Below are positions 1 through 10,558 of a stretch of 64,000 nt of DNA, piece after piece (position 1 is the first letter of the stretch; each line of letters starts with the position of its first letter). The notes below the pieces were generated by a model. The model had not been told where the DNA came from. It made no database searches and worked only from the letters and a program-made list of their open reading frames with translations. The position numbers and the translations under genes are program-made. Source of the DNA: Devosia sp. (GTDB lineage: Bacteria > Pseudomonadota > Alphaproteobacteria > Rhizobiales > Devosiaceae); assembly GCA_040081595.1 (NCBI GenBank), contig JBEBGE010000008.1, positions 9,689 to 73,688 on the forward strand, written 5' to 3'.

Positions 1-942
1 GTGGTGCTGTTTCGCAACGAGGCGGCTGCCAGAGAGTTCCCCAATGCCATCGAGGGCAACCCGCTGACGCTGGCATTGCGCAGCCCGATCTTTCTCAACG
101 CGCTGGATCTGGCGCGGCGCGGTGGTACCCCGCAGACCGTCGAACTGCATCAGACAGTGCCCAACGAAACCTGGCACCGCGCGCATGTGGCGCCGATTGA
201 AGGCGGCGACGGCGTCGTCGCGGTGACGCTACAGAACCTGAGCGAACTCAAGCGCGTCGAGTCGCTGCGTTCGGACTTCATCGCCAATGCCAGCCATGAA
301 CTGCGCACGCCCCTGACGTCGCTGGTGGGCTTCATCGACACGCTTCTGGGACCTGCCGCAAAGGACGAGGACGCGCGGACACGCTTTCTCGGCATCATGC
401 GCCAGCAGGCGGCCCGGATGAGCCGGTTGATCGATGACCTGTTGTCGCTAAGCCGTATCGAGATGCGCCAACATGTGAAGCCTACGGGACAGGTGGAGCT
501 GCGCCAATTGCTCGAAGAGGTGCGTGACGGGCTCGAATCCCAGGCCCGCGAGGCGGGCATCGCCATCGCCATCGATGCGCCCGAACCCGCGACCATCAGC
601 GGCGATCGCGAGGAGCTCTATGAGGTGTTCGAGAACCTCATGGACAATGCCATCAAATATGGCGGCGAGGGCGGCAGGGTAGAGGTGGCGCTAGGCCCCG
701 GCCGCTCAGGCTTCGACTGCCTGGTGAGCGTCACCGACCACGGCGCCGGTATCGCGGCCGAGCACGTGCCCCGCCTGACCGAGCGCTTCTACCGCGTCGA
801 CGCGGAATCGAGCCGCAAGAAGAAGGGCACCGGCCTCGGCCTCGCCATCGTCAAGCACATCCTCAACCGCCACCACGGGCAGATGACAATCCGCAGCCGC
901 CCGGGCGAGGGGACCCGCGTGGAAGTGTCGCTAAACCGGTAG
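1..942 (+). CDS. phoR: phosphate regulon sensor histidine kinase PhoR, C-terminal part (5' end lies outside the window)
   Basis: H-box SHELRTPL and ATPase boxes DNAIKYG and GTGLGLAIVKHI. Sits directly upstream of the pst operon. Confidence 0.85.
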   Translation: MVLFRNEAAAREFPNAIEGNPLTLALRSPIFLNALDLARRGGTPQTVELHQTVPNETWHRAHVAPIEGGDGVVAVTLQNLSELKRVESLRSDFIANASHELRTPLTSLVGFIDTLLGPAAKDEDARTRFLGIMRQQAARMSRLIDDLLSLSRIEMRQHVKPTGQVELRQLLEEVRDGLESQAREAGIAIAIDAPEPATISGDREELYEVFENLMDNAIKYGGEGGRVEVALGPGRSGFDCLVSVTDHGAGIAAEHVPRLTERFYRVDAESSRKKKGTGLGLAIVKHILNRHHGQMTIRSRPGEGTRVEVSLNR

Positions 943-952
943 AGCCGGATTA

Positions 953-1020
953 CTGTCGGATTAGCATAGCAATATCAGCGCATTAACCTGTCACAATCCG
1001 GATACGAAACCGACATAAAA
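953..1020 (+). promoter_or_regulatory. candidate Pho-box array upstream of pstS
   Basis: 7-nt blocks with A/T-rich 4-nt spacers: CTGTCGGatta-GCATAGCaata-TCAGCGCatta, then CTGTCACaatc-CGGATACgaaa-CCGACATaaaa. Only some repeats resemble CTGTCAT. Confidence 0.3.
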
Positions 1021-1122
1021 GCTTGGGGCAAGGAAAATAGGTTGCCGGGCGTCAACAGGCGCCGGGGCGAACATCCGGCACCGCTGCCGGGCTCGTCGCC
1101 CATCCTCCGAAAGGGACAACCC

Positions 1123-2130
1123 ATGAAACACGCTCTCTTTGCCGGCGCTGCGATCATCGCGCTGGCGAGCTTCTCCACCGGCGCATTTGCGCGCGACCAG
1201 ATTCAGATCGTCGGCTCGTCGACGGTTTTCCCGTTCTCGACCGCCGTTGCCGAACGCTTCGGCCAGGCAGGCACTTTCCCCACCCCGGTCGTTGAATCCA
1301 CCGGAACCGGTGGCGGCATCAAGCTGTTCTGCGAAGGCGCGGGCGAGCAGTCGCCCGACATCACCAACGCTTCGCGCAAGATCAAGGACGCAGAAATCGA
1401 CACCTGCGTCGCCAATGGCGTGACTGCGGTTGAGGTCAAAGTCGGCTTTGACGGCATCGTACTCGCCAATTCCTCCGCGGCCCCCGATTTCGCCGTGACG
1501 CTCGACCAGATCGTTGCGGCGCTCGCCAAGGACATCGTCGTCGATGGCAAGGTTGTGCCCAACACGCATGTCAATTGGTCCGATATCGACGCGTCGCTGC
1601 CGAACGAGAAGATCGAAGTCCTCGGCCCCCCCCCGACCTCCGGCACTCGCGACGCCTTCGTCGAACTGGTGATGACTGCCCATTGCCCGGCCGAGATCAA
1701 GGCTATCGACGAAAAGGCCTGTTCGGCCATCCGCGAAGACGGCGCCTATATCGACTCCGGCGAGAACGACAATCTGATCGTCCAGAAGCTCGAAACCAAT
1801 CCGGCCGCGGTCGGCATTTTCGGCTTCTCCTTCCTCGACCAGAACTCCGACAAGCTCAAGGGTGCTTCGATCGGCGGCGTGTTGCCGACCTTTGAGAACA
1901 TCGCCAACGCGTCCTACCCGGTATCGCGTTCGCTCTACTTCTACATCAAGAAAGAGCATGTGGGCGTTGTGAAGGGCATCCAGGAATATGCCGCCGAGTT
2001 CACTTCGGACGCTGCCGCCGGCGCTGACGGTTACCTCGCCGACAAGGGCCTGATCCCGCTGCCGGAAGCCGATCTCGTTGCGTCCCGCCAGGCCGCCGCG
2101 GATCTGACCCCGGTCGCCAAGTCCAAGTAA
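1123..2130 (+). CDS. pstS: phosphate ABC transporter substrate-binding protein PstS
   Basis: Signal peptide MKHALFAGAAIIALASFSTGAFA. PstS-like body (GSSTVFPF, TGTGGG). First gene of pstSCAB. Start moved to the internal ATG. Confidence 0.9.
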   Translation: MKHALFAGAAIIALASFSTGAFARDQIQIVGSSTVFPFSTAVAERFGQAGTFPTPVVESTGTGGGIKLFCEGAGEQSPDITNASRKIKDAEIDTCVANGVTAVEVKVGFDGIVLANSSAAPDFAVTLDQIVAALAKDIVVDGKVVPNTHVNWSDIDASLPNEKIEVLGPPPTSGTRDAFVELVMTAHCPAEIKAIDEKACSAIREDGAYIDSGENDNLIVQKLETNPAAVGIFGFSFLDQNSDKLKGASIGGVLPTFENIANASYPVSRSLYFYIKKEHVGVVKGIQEYAAEFTSDAAAGADGYLADKGLIPLPEADLVASRQAAADLTPVAKSK

Positions 2131-2136
2131 GTACTG

Positions 2137-2164
2137 AGCGCCCCGGGAGCAATTTCGGGGCGCT
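2137..2164 (+). terminator. GC-rich stem-loop between pstS and pstC (partial terminator or mRNA stabiliser)
   Basis: AGCGCCCCG-(loop)-CGGGGCGCT followed by tcttcc. Confidence 0.35.
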
Positions 2165-2191
2165 TCTTCCAAGTCCGCCAAGGGGCACGTT

Positions 2192-3583
2192 ATGACGCTG
2201 GGCCTGATTGCACTTCTGGCTTTTGCTGCCGCAGCCGCAATCCTTTTCGTTGTTGGCATGCAACGGGCCAACGCCCTCGCTGGTGCGCAGATTTCGTCGC
2301 TGCACTCGACGCCCGTCTATCATGGCAGCTTTCTGGCCATCGTTTCCTTATTTCCCGCATTCCTTCTGGGCCTCGTTTGGGCCGCCGTCTCCGAACCGCT
2401 CGCCGACTTCGTCGTCGTCCGCGGCCTCGGGACCGACTTCGATGCCCTTGCCGAACCCGATCGCAACACGCTGCTGCGGTTCGCACGGGCCGTTGCCGCA
2501 GGCACGGCCGATGCAACCTCCGAAATTCAGCAACGCGCCGCCGACTTGTTTCAGCGCATCGACCAGATTTCCACCTGGGGCATCGCGGCCATTCTTGCCG
2601 TCCTGATTCTTGGCGGCCTTGTTTTCGGCTGGCGCGCGATCGCGCCTGCCTACCGGGCCCGCCACGTGGTCGAGAGGACTGTGATGGCCTTGCTGATCGC
2701 CGCGTCGGCAGTCGCCATCGTCACAACACTTGGAATTGTCCTCTCGCTGATCTTTGAAAGCATCAGGTTCTTTGAGAAGGTGCCGTTCTTCCAATTCCTG
2801 TTTGGAACGCACTGGTCGCCGCAGAGTGCGTTTGAAGGCGCGGGCGCTGAAACCTCGGCACGAAACGGCGAAGTCTTCGGCGCTATTCCGGTGTTCACCG
2901 GAACGCTGCTGATCACCGCGATCGCCATCTTCGTCGCTGCGCCGATCGGCTTGATGTCGGCGATCTATCTCTCCGAGTACGCGACCCCCCGCGTACGCTC
3001 GATCGCCAAGCCGCTGCTTGAAGTGCTCGCCGGCATCCCCACGGTGGTCTACGGCTTTTTCGCCGCCCTGACCGTTGCTCCGTTGTTCCGCCAATTCGGC
3101 TCGAACATCGGGCTCGACGTGTCATCTGAAAGCGCATTGGCAGCCGGCCTGATCATGGGCGTGATGATCATCCCCTTCGTGTCATCGCTGTCAGATGACG
3201 TGATCAATGCGGTCCCCCAGAGCTTGCGCGATGGCTCGGCAGGCCTGGGCGCCACCAAGTCCGAGACCATCCAGAAGGTTATTATCCCGGCCGCGCTGCC
3301 AGGCATCGTCTCCGCACTGATGCTCGCCATTTCGCGCGCCATCGGCGAAACCATGATCGTGGTCATGGCCGCCGGTCTCGCCGCCAATCTCACCGCTAAC
3401 CCGCTCGACGCCGTGACCACCGTCACCGTGCAGATCGTCACGCTTCTTGTCGGCGATCAGGAATTCGACTCGGCCAAGACGCTTGCCGCCTTCGCGCTGG
3501 GGCTGGTGCTGTTCTGCGTCACGCTGGTGCTCAACATCGTCGCGCTGCAGGTGATCAGAAAGTATCGGGAACAGTATGACTGA
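2192..3583 (+). CDS. pstC: phosphate ABC transporter permease PstC (long form)
   Basis: Multi-TM protein with EYATPRVRSIAKPLLEVLAGIPTVVYG permease signature. Operon position. Confidence 0.9.
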   Translation: MTLGLIALLAFAAAAAILFVVGMQRANALAGAQISSLHSTPVYHGSFLAIVSLFPAFLLGLVWAAVSEPLADFVVVRGLGTDFDALAEPDRNTLLRFARAVAAGTADATSEIQQRAADLFQRIDQISTWGIAAILAVLILGGLVFGWRAIAPAYRARHVVERTVMALLIAASAVAIVTTLGIVLSLIFESIRFFEKVPFFQFLFGTHWSPQSAFEGAGAETSARNGEVFGAIPVFTGTLLITAIAIFVAAPIGLMSAIYLSEYATPRVRSIAKPLLEVLAGIPTVVYGFFAALTVAPLFRQFGSNIGLDVSSESALAAGLIMGVMIIPFVSSLSDDVINAVPQSLRDGSAGLGATKSETIQKVIIPAALPGIVSALMLAISRAIGETMIVVMAAGLAANLTANPLDAVTTVTVQIVTLLVGDQEFDSAKTLAAFALGLVLFCVTLVLNIVALQVIRKYREQYD

Positions 3584-5168
3584 CCAACTCATGAGCCAAT
3601 ACGCGACGGCGGAAACCAGGTCGATCCACACCACCTCGGATGCACGCGGGCGGCTGAAGCGTCGCTATCGCAGTGAAGCCAATTTCAAGGCCCTGGGCGT
3701 TGCGGCGCTCGCCACCGCAATTCTGTTCCTCGTGGTCTTGCTGTCCTCTATCGTCTGGAAGGGTATTCCGGCCTTTGTCTACAATTTCGCCTCGCTGCCG
3801 CTGGATGTCGCGGGCGTTGATCGGACCGATCTGGCCAAGGCCAACTATGATGGAATCGTCAAGGCGGCGATCCGGGCGCAATTTCCCGAACTCACATCGC
3901 GCGGCGACACCAGACTCGTCGCCTCGCTGATGTCTTCGGGTGCCCCAACAGTACTGCGCGATCAGGTCCAGGACGATCCGGCAGGGCTCGACCGTGCCGG
4001 CGCCTATTCGTTGCCAATTTCCGACTTTGCCGACCTTTACCTCAAGGGCCAGATCAGCAGCTCAACGACAAGCACGATCGCGGCAACGGCAACGGTGCGC
4101 GTGGACGGCGACAAGGTGACATTGACATTCCCCGCCGGTGCATTGGCGACGGTGCTTGCGGCCGATGCCGTGCCGGCCAACGCAGCCACGCCGCCGCGGC
4201 AATTACTGGCGACCGACCTGTCGCTTCTGGTCTATGTCGGCGATGTCGTCGTCAAGGCCGATGGGCTGACCACCACAACCGTTTCTGGCGCAGCGATCCT
4301 TGGCGACGCCACCAAGCTCCCTGCGTCGGTGAACGCCGTGCGTCTGCGCAGCCTCGTTGTCCCGGAGGCCTCACGCAAGTTCAGCGACAAGGAAATCGTC
4401 TGGACCGATGCGCTGGTCGAGCGCGGCTACGTCCGGACTGGCTTCAACTGGATCTTTGCCACCAAGGGCGCCAGCCGCGAGGCGGAAATGGCCGGCATTC
4501 TCGGCGCGGTCATCGGTTCGGCGCTGACGCTGATCGTGACCCTGGCGCTCGCTTTTCCGGTTGGCGTAGCCGCGGCGATATACCTCGAGGAGTTCGCACC
4601 GCGAAACCGCTGGACGACCTTCATCGAAGTCAACATCAACAATCTTGCGGCGGTCCCCTCGATTGTCTTCGGTCTCCTCGGTCTGGCGGTATTCCTCAAC
4701 TTCTTCGGCTTCGAGCGATCCGCACCCTATGTCGGTGGCTTCGTGCTGGCGCTCATGACGCTGCCCACCATCATCATCGCATCGCGTGTGGCGCTGCGGT
4801 CGGTGCCGCCGTCGATCCGCGAGGGCGCGCTTGGCATCGGCGCCTCGCGGCTACAGGCCGTGTTCCATCACGTGTTGCCCCTCGCCATGCCGGGAATCCT
4901 GACCGGCGCCATTATTGGAATGGCGCGCGCATTGGGCGAGACGGCACCGCTGTTGATGATCGGCATGGTGGCGTTCGTGGTCGACCTGCCAAACGGCTTT
5001 GCCTCCGCAGCCACCGTTCTGCCTGTGCAAATCTATATGTGGGCCGACTTCCCCGAACCGGCTTTCGAGCAGCGAACCTCGGCCGGCATTCTTGTACTGC
5101 TTGTTTTCCTGGTCGCAATGAACTTGACCGCGATCATTCTTCGTCGCCGCTTCGAGCGTCGCTGGTAA
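3576..5168 (+). CDS. pstA: phosphate ABC transporter permease PstA (long form)
   Basis: [34 protein letters not shown] signature. 8-nt overlap with pstC. Confidence 0.9.
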   Translation: MTDQLMSQYATAETRSIHTTSDARGRLKRRYRSEANFKALGVAALATAILFLVVLLSSIVWKGIPAFVYNFASLPLDVAGVDRTDLAKANYDGIVKAAIRAQFPELTSRGDTRLVASLMSSGAPTVLRDQVQDDPAGLDRAGAYSLPISDFADLYLKGQISSSTTSTIAATATVRVDGDKVTLTFPAGALATVLAADAVPANAATPPRQLLATDLSLLVYVGDVVVKADGLTTTTVSGAAILGDATKLPASVNAVRLRSLVVPEASRKFSDKEIVWTDALVERGYVRTGFNWIFATKGASREAEMAGILGAVIGSALTLIVTLALAFPVGVAAAIYLEEFAPRNRWTTFIEVNINNLAAVPSIVFGLLGLAVFLNFFGFERSAPYVGGFVLALMTLPTIIIASRVALRSVPPSIREGALGIGASRLQAVFHHVLPLAMPGILTGAIIGMARALGETAPLLMIGMVAFVVDLPNGFASAATVLPVQIYMWADFPEPAFEQRTSAGILVLLVFLVAMNLTAIILRRRFERRW

Positions 5169-5181
5169 TCCCGAGGACCCT

Positions 5182-5988
5182 ATGACCACTCAGACTTCTC
5201 TCGCTCAGACGGTCGACCCGCGGCCCCTTACCAGGTCCAAGCTGGTGGGGGATCGCGTCTGCGTGTTCTACGGCGCAAAGCAGGCGCTGTTCGATGTTCA
5301 TCTTGAGATCGAAGAGAACCGGGTGACATCGCTGATCGGCCCCTCGGGCTGTGGCAAGTCCACGTTTCTGCGCGCTCTCAACCGCATGAACGACACGATT
5401 GAGAACTGCCGCGTCACCGGCGAGATCCGGCTGGATGGAGAGGACATCTACGATCGCAATATCGACGTCGTCGAATTGCGCGCCCGGGTCGGCATGGTGT
5501 TCCAGAAGCCCAATCCGTTCCCCAAGTCGATCTATGAGAATGTCGCTTACGGCCCCAAGATTCACGGGCTCGCGCGTTCCAAGGCCGATCTCGACGAGAT
5601 CGTCACCTCCTCGATCCGCCGGGCGGGTCTTTGGGAAGAGGTCAAGGACCGCCTGCAGGAACCCGGCACCGGTCTTTCGGGCGGCCAGCAGCAGCGCCTC
5701 TGCATCGCCCGCGCCATCGCCACCAAGCCCGAAGTTCTGCTGATGGACGAGCCCTGTTCAGCGCTCGACCCGATCGCCACCGCCATCATCGAGGAACTGA
5801 TCGACGAACTGCGTGAGAATTTCACCATAGTCATCGTCACCCACTCGATGCAGCAGGCGGCGCGCGTCAGCCAGAAGACGGCATTCTTCCACCTCGGCAA
5901 GCTGATCGAAGAGGGCGCCACCGGCGACATCTTCACCAACCCGGTCAACAAGCAGACCCAGGACTACATCACCGGCCGCATCGGCTGA
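5182..5988 (+). CDS. pstB: phosphate ABC transporter ATP-binding protein PstB
   Basis: Walker [10 protein letters not shown], signature LSGGQQQRL, Walker B LLMDEP. Confidence 0.95.
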   Translation: MTTQTSLAQTVDPRPLTRSKLVGDRVCVFYGAKQALFDVHLEIEENRVTSLIGPSGCGKSTFLRALNRMNDTIENCRVTGEIRLDGEDIYDRNIDVVELRARVGMVFQKPNPFPKSIYENVAYGPKIHGLARSKADLDEIVTSSIRRAGLWEEVKDRLQEPGTGLSGGQQQRLCIARAIATKPEVLLMDEPCSALDPIATAIIEELIDELRENFTIVIVTHSMQQAARVSQKTAFFHLGKLIEEGATGDIFTNPVNKQTQDYITGRIG

Positions 5989-6008
5989 CGCATAAGGACC
6001 GCGCGAGC

Positions 6009-6719
6009 ATGCACAATCCCTCCAACGAGCACATCGTCTCTTCCTACGAGGACGAACTGACCGAGCTCGCCTCCGCCATCTCCGAGATGGGCGGCATGGT
6101 CGAGGCGGCCGTCGCCGACGCGACACGGTCGTTGCTCAAGCTCGACCACGAACAGGCCAAGGCCATCATCGCCGGCGACAAGCGGATCGACGAGAAGCAC
6201 CGCGTCATCGACGACATGGCGGTCTCGATGATCGCCCGGCGCCAGCCCATGGCACGCGACCTGCGCGCCATCATCACCGCCATTCATGTGGCGGGCGATC
6301 TCGAGCGCGTCGGCGACATGGCCAAGACCATCTCGCGCCGCACGCTGCAAATCGAAGGCCTGAGTCTCACGCCGAAGTTCTACAACGGCGTCAAGCATAT
6401 GTCGGACCTCATCCTGAGGCAGCTCAAGGCTGCGCTCGATGCCTATGCGACGCGCAATTCCTCCGCCGCGGTCGAGGTCTGCAACGCCGACGACGAGATC
6501 GATGCGCTCTATACCTCGCTGTTCCGCGAGCTCCTGACCTATATGATGGAAGACCCGCGCAACATCACGCAGTGCACGCATCTGCTCTTCTGCTCCAAGA
6601 GCCTCGAGCGCGTCGGCGACCACGCTACCAACATTGCCGAGGCCGCCTTCTATCTCGATACCGGCAAGCAGCTTTCCGAGAGCGTCGAAGAGCTGCACAG
6701 GACGCAGGTCAAAGAGTAA
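6009..6719 (+). CDS. phoU: phosphate signalling complex protein PhoU
   Basis: Two PhoU repeats (DLERVGDMAKTI and SLERVGDHATNI). Confidence 0.95.
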   Translation: MHNPSNEHIVSSYEDELTELASAISEMGGMVEAAVADATRSLLKLDHEQAKAIIAGDKRIDEKHRVIDDMAVSMIARRQPMARDLRAIITAIHVAGDLERVGDMAKTISRRTLQIEGLSLTPKFYNGVKHMSDLILRQLKAALDAYATRNSSAAVEVCNADDEIDALYTSLFRELLTYMMEDPRNITQCTHLLFCSKSLERVGDHATNIAEAAFYLDTGKQLSESVEELHRTQVKE

Positions 6720-7430
6720 ATGGCTGCCATCCTCGCTACCATCCTGATCGTCGAGGACGAAGCGGACCTCAGCGAGCTGATGCGCTACAACCTCGAAGCC
6801 GAGGGCTTCCGCGTCGTCTCGGCGGAGAGTGGCGACGAAGCGGTCGAGCGCATCCGCGAGGGCGTGCCCGATCTCATCCTGCTCGACTGGATGCTGCCCG
6901 GCCTTTCCGGCATCGAGCTTTGCCGCCGCTGGCGTTCGCGCGAGGAGACCGCCCGCACCCCCATCATCATGGTCACCGCGCGCGGCGAGGAAGAAGAGCG
7001 GGTGAGGGGCCTTGCGACGGGCGCCGACGATTATCTGGTCAAGCCCTTCTCGATGCCGGAACTTGTTGCGCGCATCCAGGCCTTGCTCCGCCGCTCAAGC
7101 CCGCAACTGGTGACGACGTTGCTCAAGGCCGGCGATCTCGAACTCGACCGCCAGAGCCACCGCGTCCGCCGCGCCGGCCGCGAGGTGCATCTAGGGCCGA
7201 CCGAATACCGGCTGCTTGAATATTTGATGCGCCATCCCGGCCGCGTCTATTCGCGCGAGCAATTGCTCGACGGCGTCTGGGGCAATGATGTCTATGTCGA
7301 TGAGCGCACGGTGGACGTCCATGTCGGCCGGCTTCGCAAAGCCATCATCCGCGGCCGCGAAGCCGACCCCATCCGCACCGTGCGCGGCGCCGGCTATGCG
7401 TTCGATGAACGGTTCGCGGCGCTGAGCTAA
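6720..7430 (+). CDS. phoB: phosphate regulon response regulator PhoB (OmpR family)
   Basis: Receiver (IVEDE, LLDWMLPG, KPF) plus winged-helix (LGPTEYRLLEYL, VDVHVGRLRKAI). Confidence 0.95.
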   Translation: MAAILATILIVEDEADLSELMRYNLEAEGFRVVSAESGDEAVERIREGVPDLILLDWMLPGLSGIELCRRWRSREETARTPIIMVTARGEEEERVRGLATGADDYLVKPFSMPELVARIQALLRRSSPQLVTTLLKAGDLELDRQSHRVRRAGREVHLGPTEYRLLEYLMRHPGRVYSREQLLDGVWGNDVYVDERTVDVHVGRLRKAIIRGREADPIRTVRGAGYAFDERFAALS

Positions 7431-7538
7431 ACCTCCGCGAACGTGACGGCGACTTAATCTACCTTTCCATCTTAGACTATTGGGCCGCGGGGAAGCGGCC
7501 TATAGCTAAGTCATGTTGACCCCGCTCAAGGAGCCACC

Positions 7539-8354
7539 ATGACTTATCGCGATCACGACGACCACAAGCACGGCCTCGAGTTCGATCTCGAAGCGCTGGC
7601 GCAGCAGAGGATGCGCCGCCGCGGCGTGCTGACCCTGCTCGGCGGCGGAGCCGCTTTGCTCGCGGGAGCCTATTCTCCCGCCGCGCTCGCCGAAGCGCTT
7701 TGCATTGCCGACCCAGAGGAGACTGCCGGACCCTATCCTGGCGACGGCTCCAACCGCTCCCGGGGCAATACCAGCAACATCCTGAGCGAAAGCGGCGTCG
7801 TGCGCTCCGACATCCGCGCGAGCTTCGGCACCTCGACCAACATCGCCGAAGGCCTGCCGCTGACGCTCCGCATCAAGATCGGCGATGCCGGCAATGCCTG
7901 CGCGCCGCTCCCCGGCTACGCCATTTATCTGTGGCACTGCACCAAGGACGGCAAATATTCGCTCTACACCCAGCCCGACGAGAACTATCTGCGCGGCGTT
8001 CAGGTCGCCGATGAAGAAGGATATGTCACCTTCACCACGATCTTTCCCGGCTGCTATGACGGCCGCTGGCCGCATATGCATTTCGAGATCTATCCGAGCC
8101 TTGACGTCGCGACCGATCACAGGAACGCCGTGCTCACCTCGCAATTCGCCTTCCCGGAGGATGTCTGCCGCGAGGTCTATGCGAGCGTTGCGGGCTACGA
8201 GCAGTCAGTGGCCGCGCTCGAACACACCTCGCTCGACCGCGACATGGTCTTTGCCGACAATAGCGATGACGAGGTTGCCATGATGACACCGGCGCTGACC
8301 GGCAATGTCGCCGACGGCTATAGCGGCGAGATCACGGTCGCGCTTGCCGTCTAA
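7539..8354 (+). CDS. Tat-exported intradiol ring-cleavage dioxygenase-like protein
   Basis: Twin-arginine signal RRRGVLTLLGGGAALLAGA. Dioxygenase-like core (AGPYPGDGSN, YLWHCTKDGKYS, FPGCYDGRWPHMHFEIY). Confidence 0.7.
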   Translation: MTYRDHDDHKHGLEFDLEALAQQRMRRRGVLTLLGGGAALLAGAYSPAALAEALCIADPEETAGPYPGDGSNRSRGNTSNILSESGVVRSDIRASFGTSTNIAEGLPLTLRIKIGDAGNACAPLPGYAIYLWHCTKDGKYSLYTQPDENYLRGVQVADEEGYVTFTTIFPGCYDGRWPHMHFEIYPSLDVATDHRNAVLTSQFAFPEDVCREVYASVAGYEQSVAALEHTSLDRDMVFADNSDDEVAMMTPALTGNVADGYSGEITVALAV

Positions 8355-8372
8355 AGCGTTACCCGCAAACGA

Positions 8373-8397
8373 AAAGGGCGCCCCCGAGGCGCCCTTT
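8373..8397. terminator. bidirectional hairpin between convergent genes
   Basis: AAAGGGCGCC-cccga-GGCGCCCTTT, a perfect 10-bp stem flanked by A and T runs. Confidence 0.5.
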
Positions 8398-8420
8398 CGA
8401 CCGTCACAGAAGCCCGAGCC

Positions 8421-8969
8421 TCAGCGCCGCTTCTTTTCCATCTGGTGGTAGGCCCGGTGCGAGTGGAACTCGCAATAGGGCTTGCCCTCTTCGGAATGGT
8501 TTCCGCAGAAATAGAAGTCCGGAGTCAGCGGATCGCCGATCGGCCATTTGCAGGTCGACTCCGACAGCTGCAGCAGGCTCAGCCGCTGCTCGACCGGGAT
8601 GAACAGTTCCTGCACCTGCGGGGCGACGTAAGCCTCGGTGTCGAACTGTTCCTCAATCTTGAGCGCGGTGGCGCCATGCATCGGAGCCGTGCCCATACTG
8701 CGCGACTTCATCATGCTGGCCACACCCAGGTGCCCGCGGCCCGAACCCGACGGCGCGGCGACACGGCGCGCGGCCGGCCGCGAAGCCGGACGAGCGCGAG
8801 GGGTGGAACTGGCGGGCTTGGCCCGTCCGGACAATTTCAGGCGATGGACTTTGCCGATCACCGCATTGCGCGTCACACCTTCGCCGAGTACCCCGGCGAT
8901 CTGGCTGGCGGACAATCCCTCCAGCCAAAGTTTCTTGAGCAGCTCGACGCGTTCTTCGGTCCAGCCCAT
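8421..8969 (-). CDS. gcrA: cell-cycle transcriptional regulator GcrA
   Basis: N-terminus MGWTEERVELLKKLWLEGLSASQIAGVLG..TRNAVIGKVHRL and C-terminus CKWPIGDP...FCG...YCEFH are diagnostic of GcrA. Confidence 0.85.
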   Translation of the reverse strand: MGWTEERVELLKKLWLEGLSASQIAGVLGEGVTRNAVIGKVHRLKLSGRAKPASSTPRARPASRPAARRVAAPSGSGRGHLGVASMMKSRSMGTAPMHGATALKIEEQFDTEAYVAPQVQELFIPVEQRLSLLQLSESTCKWPIGDPLTPDFYFCGNHSEEGKPYCEFHSHRAYHQMEKKRR

Positions 8970-9264
8970 TATGCCTAGCTCCTAACCGCCATAGGAAATG
9001 CAGACTCCTCCACCGTGCCGCCGCAAGAGGTGCGAACAGCCCGGATACGCTACGCATCGTAGGTCGGAAGGGTCCGCCACACGAAATATCGTGTCCCAAC
9101 GCCTTCGATACTACACGGGCGCCGGAATCCCGATCAAGAGTCGATCCCGATTTTCACCGGGGAAAACTCCCCCGCTCAATCGCTCCGCCGAAGCCCGAGT
9201 CAAATCAGGCGCTTGACCCCTGAACATTGACTTTGAGAGGCCTCAAAGGCATATGTCCGCCGTC

Positions 9265-9300
9265 AAACGCGCGGCCTTTTGGCAGCGCGTTTTTGGTTTT
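9265..9300 (+). terminator. orphan intrinsic-terminator-like hairpin in the gcrA-argD intergenic region
   Basis: AAACGCGCgGCC-tttt-GGCaGCGCGTTT followed by ttggtttttg. No upstream plus-strand CDS. Confidence 0.5.
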
Positions 9301-9352
9301 TGTGGGGCTTTTGCCACACAAATCTTCAACATCACTCATCGGGGATACGAAC

Positions 9353-10558
9353 ATGTCCGCCCTGTACGGCACCTACGCCAGATCGCCACTCGCTTTCGAG
9401 CGGGGCGAGGGCGCGCGCCTGATCAGCCAGGACGGAACCCGATATCTGGATTTTCATGCCGGCATCGCGGTGAACGCGCTCGGCCATTCCGACCCGCATC
9501 TGGTCAAGACCATGAAAGACGCGGCCGAAAAGGTCTGGCACGTCTCCAACGTCTTCACCATTCCCGAAGCGGAGCGGCTGGCGCAGCGGCTGGTCGATCA
9601 CACCTTCGCGGACTCGGTGTTCTTCACCAATTCGGGCGCCGAGGCGATCGAATGCGCCATCAAGACGGCGCGGCACCATTTCTGGGCCAAGGGTGAAACC
9701 GACCGCTACGAGATCATCGCCTTCACCGGCTCTTTTCACGGCCGCACCATGGCGACCATCGCCGCGGCGGGGAACCCGCATTATGTCGAGGGCTTCGGCC
9801 CGCCGCTCGAAGGCTTCGTGCATTTGAAGCCTAACGATATCGCACTGGTCGAACAGGCGATCACCCCCAGGACCTGCGCCATCTTGATCGAACCGGTGCA
9901 GGGCGAGGGCGGTTGCACCGCGATGAGCGTTGAATATATGCGCGGCCTCCGCGCGCTCTGCGACAAGCACGGCATGTTGCTGATCCTCGACGAGGTACAG
10001 TGCGGCTATGGCCGGACCGGGCGCTTCTTTGCCCATGAATGGGCCGGGATCACACCCGACATCATGGCCGTGGCCAAGGGCATCGGCGGCGGCTTTCCGC
10101 TCGGCGCGTGCCTGTCGACCAAGGAGGTCGCGGCCTCGATGATCCCGGGCACGCACGGCTCGACCTATGGCGGCAATCCGCTGGCGACGACCATCGGCAA
10201 TGCCGTGCTCGACCGCGTGATGGAGCCCGGCTTCATCGAGCATGTCGACCAGATGGGCCAGCGGCTCGCCTGGCATTTGCAGCAACTGCAACAACGGTTC
10301 CCGAACTACGTGCTCGAACAGCGCGGCGCAGGCCTGCTCGCCGGCATCAAGATCGCCGCCTCCGTTCCGGTGCGCGATTTCGCGGCACGGCTGCGCGACG
10401 ATCACCAACTGCTGACCCAGGGGGCGGGCGACAATGTGCTGCGCCTCCTGCCGCCGCTGATCATCACAGAAGCCGATATCGTCGAGGCTGTCGGCAAACT
10501 GGCCGATGCCTTCACCGCCATCGACGCCGAGACGGCCAAGGAGCATGTAAGCGTATGA
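9353..10558 (+). CDS. argD: acetylornithine (class III) aminotransferase ArgD
   Basis: PLP aminotransferase motifs ([41 protein letters not shown]). Followed by argF. Start moved to [10 protein letters not shown]. Confidence 0.85.
   Translation: MSALYGTYARSPLAFERGEGARLISQDGTRYLDFHAGIAVNALGHSDPHLVKTMKDAAEKVWHVSNVFTIPEAERLAQRLVDHTFADSVFFTNSGAEAIECAIKTARHHFWAKGETDRYEIIAFTGSFHGRTMATIAAAGNPHYVEGFGPPLEGFVHLKPNDIALVEQAITPRTCAILIEPVQGEGGCTAMSVEYMRGLRALCDKHGMLLILDEVQCGYGRTGRFFAHEWAGITPDIMAVAKGIGGGFPLGACLSTKEVAASMIPGTHGSTYGGNPLATTIGNAVLDRVMEPGFIEHVDQMGQRLAWHLQQLQQRFPNYVLEQRGAGLLAGIKIAASVPVRDFAARLRDDHQLLTQGAGDNVLRLLPPLIITEADIVEAVGKLADAFTAIDAETAKEHVSV

Noticed and set aside
991-2271. 426-aa minus-strand ORF covering pstS
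   Set aside because: It is antisense to a well-supported pstS. Its Arg/Gly/Ala/Asp-rich low-complexity translation is typical of high-GC shadow ORFs, and no motifs are present.
9332-10546. 404-aa minus-strand ORF opposite argD, and the 10039-10554 upstream part of the argF ORF
   Set aside because: These are shadow or alternate frames of argD. argF clearly starts at [10 protein letters not shown] (10555) with an ATGA overlap.
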